A stretch of DNA of 64,000 nucleotides from Octopus bimaculoides. Its lineage: Eukaryota. The notes beneath the pieces were generated by a model. That model worked only from the letters and a program-made list of their open reading frames with translations. It was not told where the DNA came from and made no database searches. A program made the translations under genes and the position numbers. This document shows positions 62,397 through 64,000 of the stretch, piece after piece (position 1 is the first letter of the stretch; every line of letters begins with the position of its first letter). The DNA lies in assembly GCF_001194135.2 (NCBI RefSeq), contig NC_068988.1, positions 95,973,740 through 96,037,739 on the forward strand, in the 5' to 3' direction.

Positions 62397-63017
62397 ACTG
62401 TGAGTCAAGATTTTAGAATATCTAAAATTGACCAATCAATCTGGTACACTTGCTGTGTTATTAAGTAACTTGGTCAAAATCCTCTGAGTATCATTCTTTA
62501 ATGAAACTAAGTTTTAATCATTAATACGCTTAAGTGAATGATTGCAAATACTATGGTTTAAAAAAATAAACTCATTTCTCAAAACAACCACCAGCTGTTT
62601 GTAACAATTTTATATTCCCCAACAACTAAGCTGCTTTAGCTAATTAATGAGATAGATTAACAAAAATGATAATTAAGAAAAGTATTAATCTCATTGGTCA
62701 AAAGTGTTGATTCATGTCGCTTGTAGTGTCTTCATATTCCTGCAAGACAACTAATTTCTCTTTTACTACATGAGCACTAACTACCATAAACAAAATGAGT
62801 GAAATGGAGCAATATTATTGTCTGGAATAATCCAAAGGCCTAGTTTTAGGTGAGATGACACTAATGGTGATAATATTTAGGTAAGTAAAGAATTCCTCTT
62901 TACCAAATAGGCCTTGATTTCCTTAGGGAATTCCTGTTTCAGTCAACCAAGACAATTCTATAAGTCATCATGATTGTCAGAGCTCCCCTGTCAGTAATTT
63001 TGTTAAATTACAGACTG

Positions 63018-63089
63018 TCACATTAAGTTGACAGCATACAACTACTTTATCGTATCACTACTGCATGCATAAATCTCTGAGAGATTTAG
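63018..63089 (+). mobile_element. 3' end of the Helentron/HINE-like element also seen at 47243-47487
   Basis: TCACATTAAGTTGACAGCATAC...CTTTATCGT...CTACTGC..GCATAAATCTC-TGA-GAGATTTAG. Confidence 0.7.
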
Positions 63090-63221
63090 TAATGTATTAT
63101 TTCTATATATGTATATATATATACTTGAAAATGGATGCGTGGCGTTCGATCATATAATAATATTTCGAAACGTGGAGTAGATAAAACATTATTCTTTAAG
63201 TTAGGACTTCCTTCACCAGCG

Positions 63222-63315
63222 CCAGCACTTCCATTTTCCCATGCTTGTATGGGTCAGAGAGAATTTGCTGAGGTAGATTTTCTACAGCCAGATACCCTTC
63301 CTGTTGCCAATCTTC
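63222..63315 (-). mobile_element. Family C variant tail
   Basis: CACTTCCATTTTCCCATGCTTGTATGGGTCAG...TTTTCTACAGCCAGATACCCTTCCTGTTGCCAA. Confidence 0.7.
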
Positions 63316-63404
63316 ACCTGTTCCCATGTAAGATAATATTTTACCATTGCTAGACATGTTTCTCACAGAAGACTGGAAATGAATAACCTTGCTCATAGCC
63401 ATCA

Positions 63405-63416
63405 TATGATGCCTAC

Positions 63417-63456
<40 letters not shown>

Positions 63457-63597
63457 TTTCCATCTACTAAATCTACTCACAAGGCTCTGGCCAGCCTGGA
63501 GCTATATTAGAAGACACTTGTTGAAGGTGCTGTTCAGTGGGACTGAACTCAAGATCATATGGTTGGGAAGCAAGCGTCTTAGCCACACAGCCACGCC
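63405..63597 (-). mobile_element. SINE family B 5' half
   Basis: ACTCACAAGGCTCTGGCC...GAAGACACTTG...GTGGGACTGAAC...CCACACAGCCACGCC. Confidence 0.85.
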
Positions 63598-64000
63598 TCT
63601 GCCTCTACTACGGTGATGATATATCATCACAAATTCACAAGAGACAGGAGTGCAGTGATATGATGTCTATACATCCTTCAGCATCATTATTGGATGGCAA
63701 ATTCCTGCAGACATTAAAATGCAATTCCATATTTTTACAACAATGGTAAAATATGAAGTTACAACCTTTACACCTTTTAAAAGAGAATTAGTGATGCAAA
63801 TGTTAATGAAATAATGGTTTACAAAAGAACAAGATGGCAGCAGATCGTCTGTCTGTTTGATCTGAGCCTAAACAACAACCACAACCTTTACATCTCACTG
63901 ATAAAAGCCTCTTCTGATTCATTCCGGTACATCACCATTCCTTAACTTTTACTGGTTCTCATGATGGCTTCTTTTCCTAATGTCTTCTTAACTATAATAA

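Noticed and set aside
921-63749. Most ORFs in the supplied track (CV/HT/YI/SL repeats, X runs)
   Set aside because: They are translations of microsatellites, N gaps or SINE bodies, with no recognisable domains.

Overview
AT-rich eukaryotic DNA with 12 N-gaps, dense microsatellites and many short interspersed repeats. The repeat families resemble, from memory and without a database search, those of octopus (coleoid cephalopod) genomes. No protein-coding gene can be confidently identified. Nearly all listed ORFs are microsatellite, gap or repeat artefacts, and only a few weak splice-site-bounded exon candidates remain. Recognisable content: two tRNA-headed SINE families (A, about 9 copies; B, CORE-type, about 12 copies), an RTE-type LINE 3' tail family (C), an unclassified short repeat (D), mariner and piggyBac-like MITEs, a mariner N-terminal remnant and an R4/Dong-like LINE 3' end. 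Most interesting observations: (1) a tRNA-Arg-like SINE whose 3' tail contains a complete Penelope-type minimal hammerhead ribozyme (47138-47183, minus), with a head-to-head duplicated tRNA head and a nested Helentron-like insertion; (2) a second minimal hammerhead with a CUGUUGA core variant in an unrelated repeat (25557-25593, minus); (3) a 122-bp-arm fold-back duplication at the 5' end of the R4-like LINE (21358-21624). Repeat boundaries were read by eye and are approximate to about 10-20 bp unless stated.
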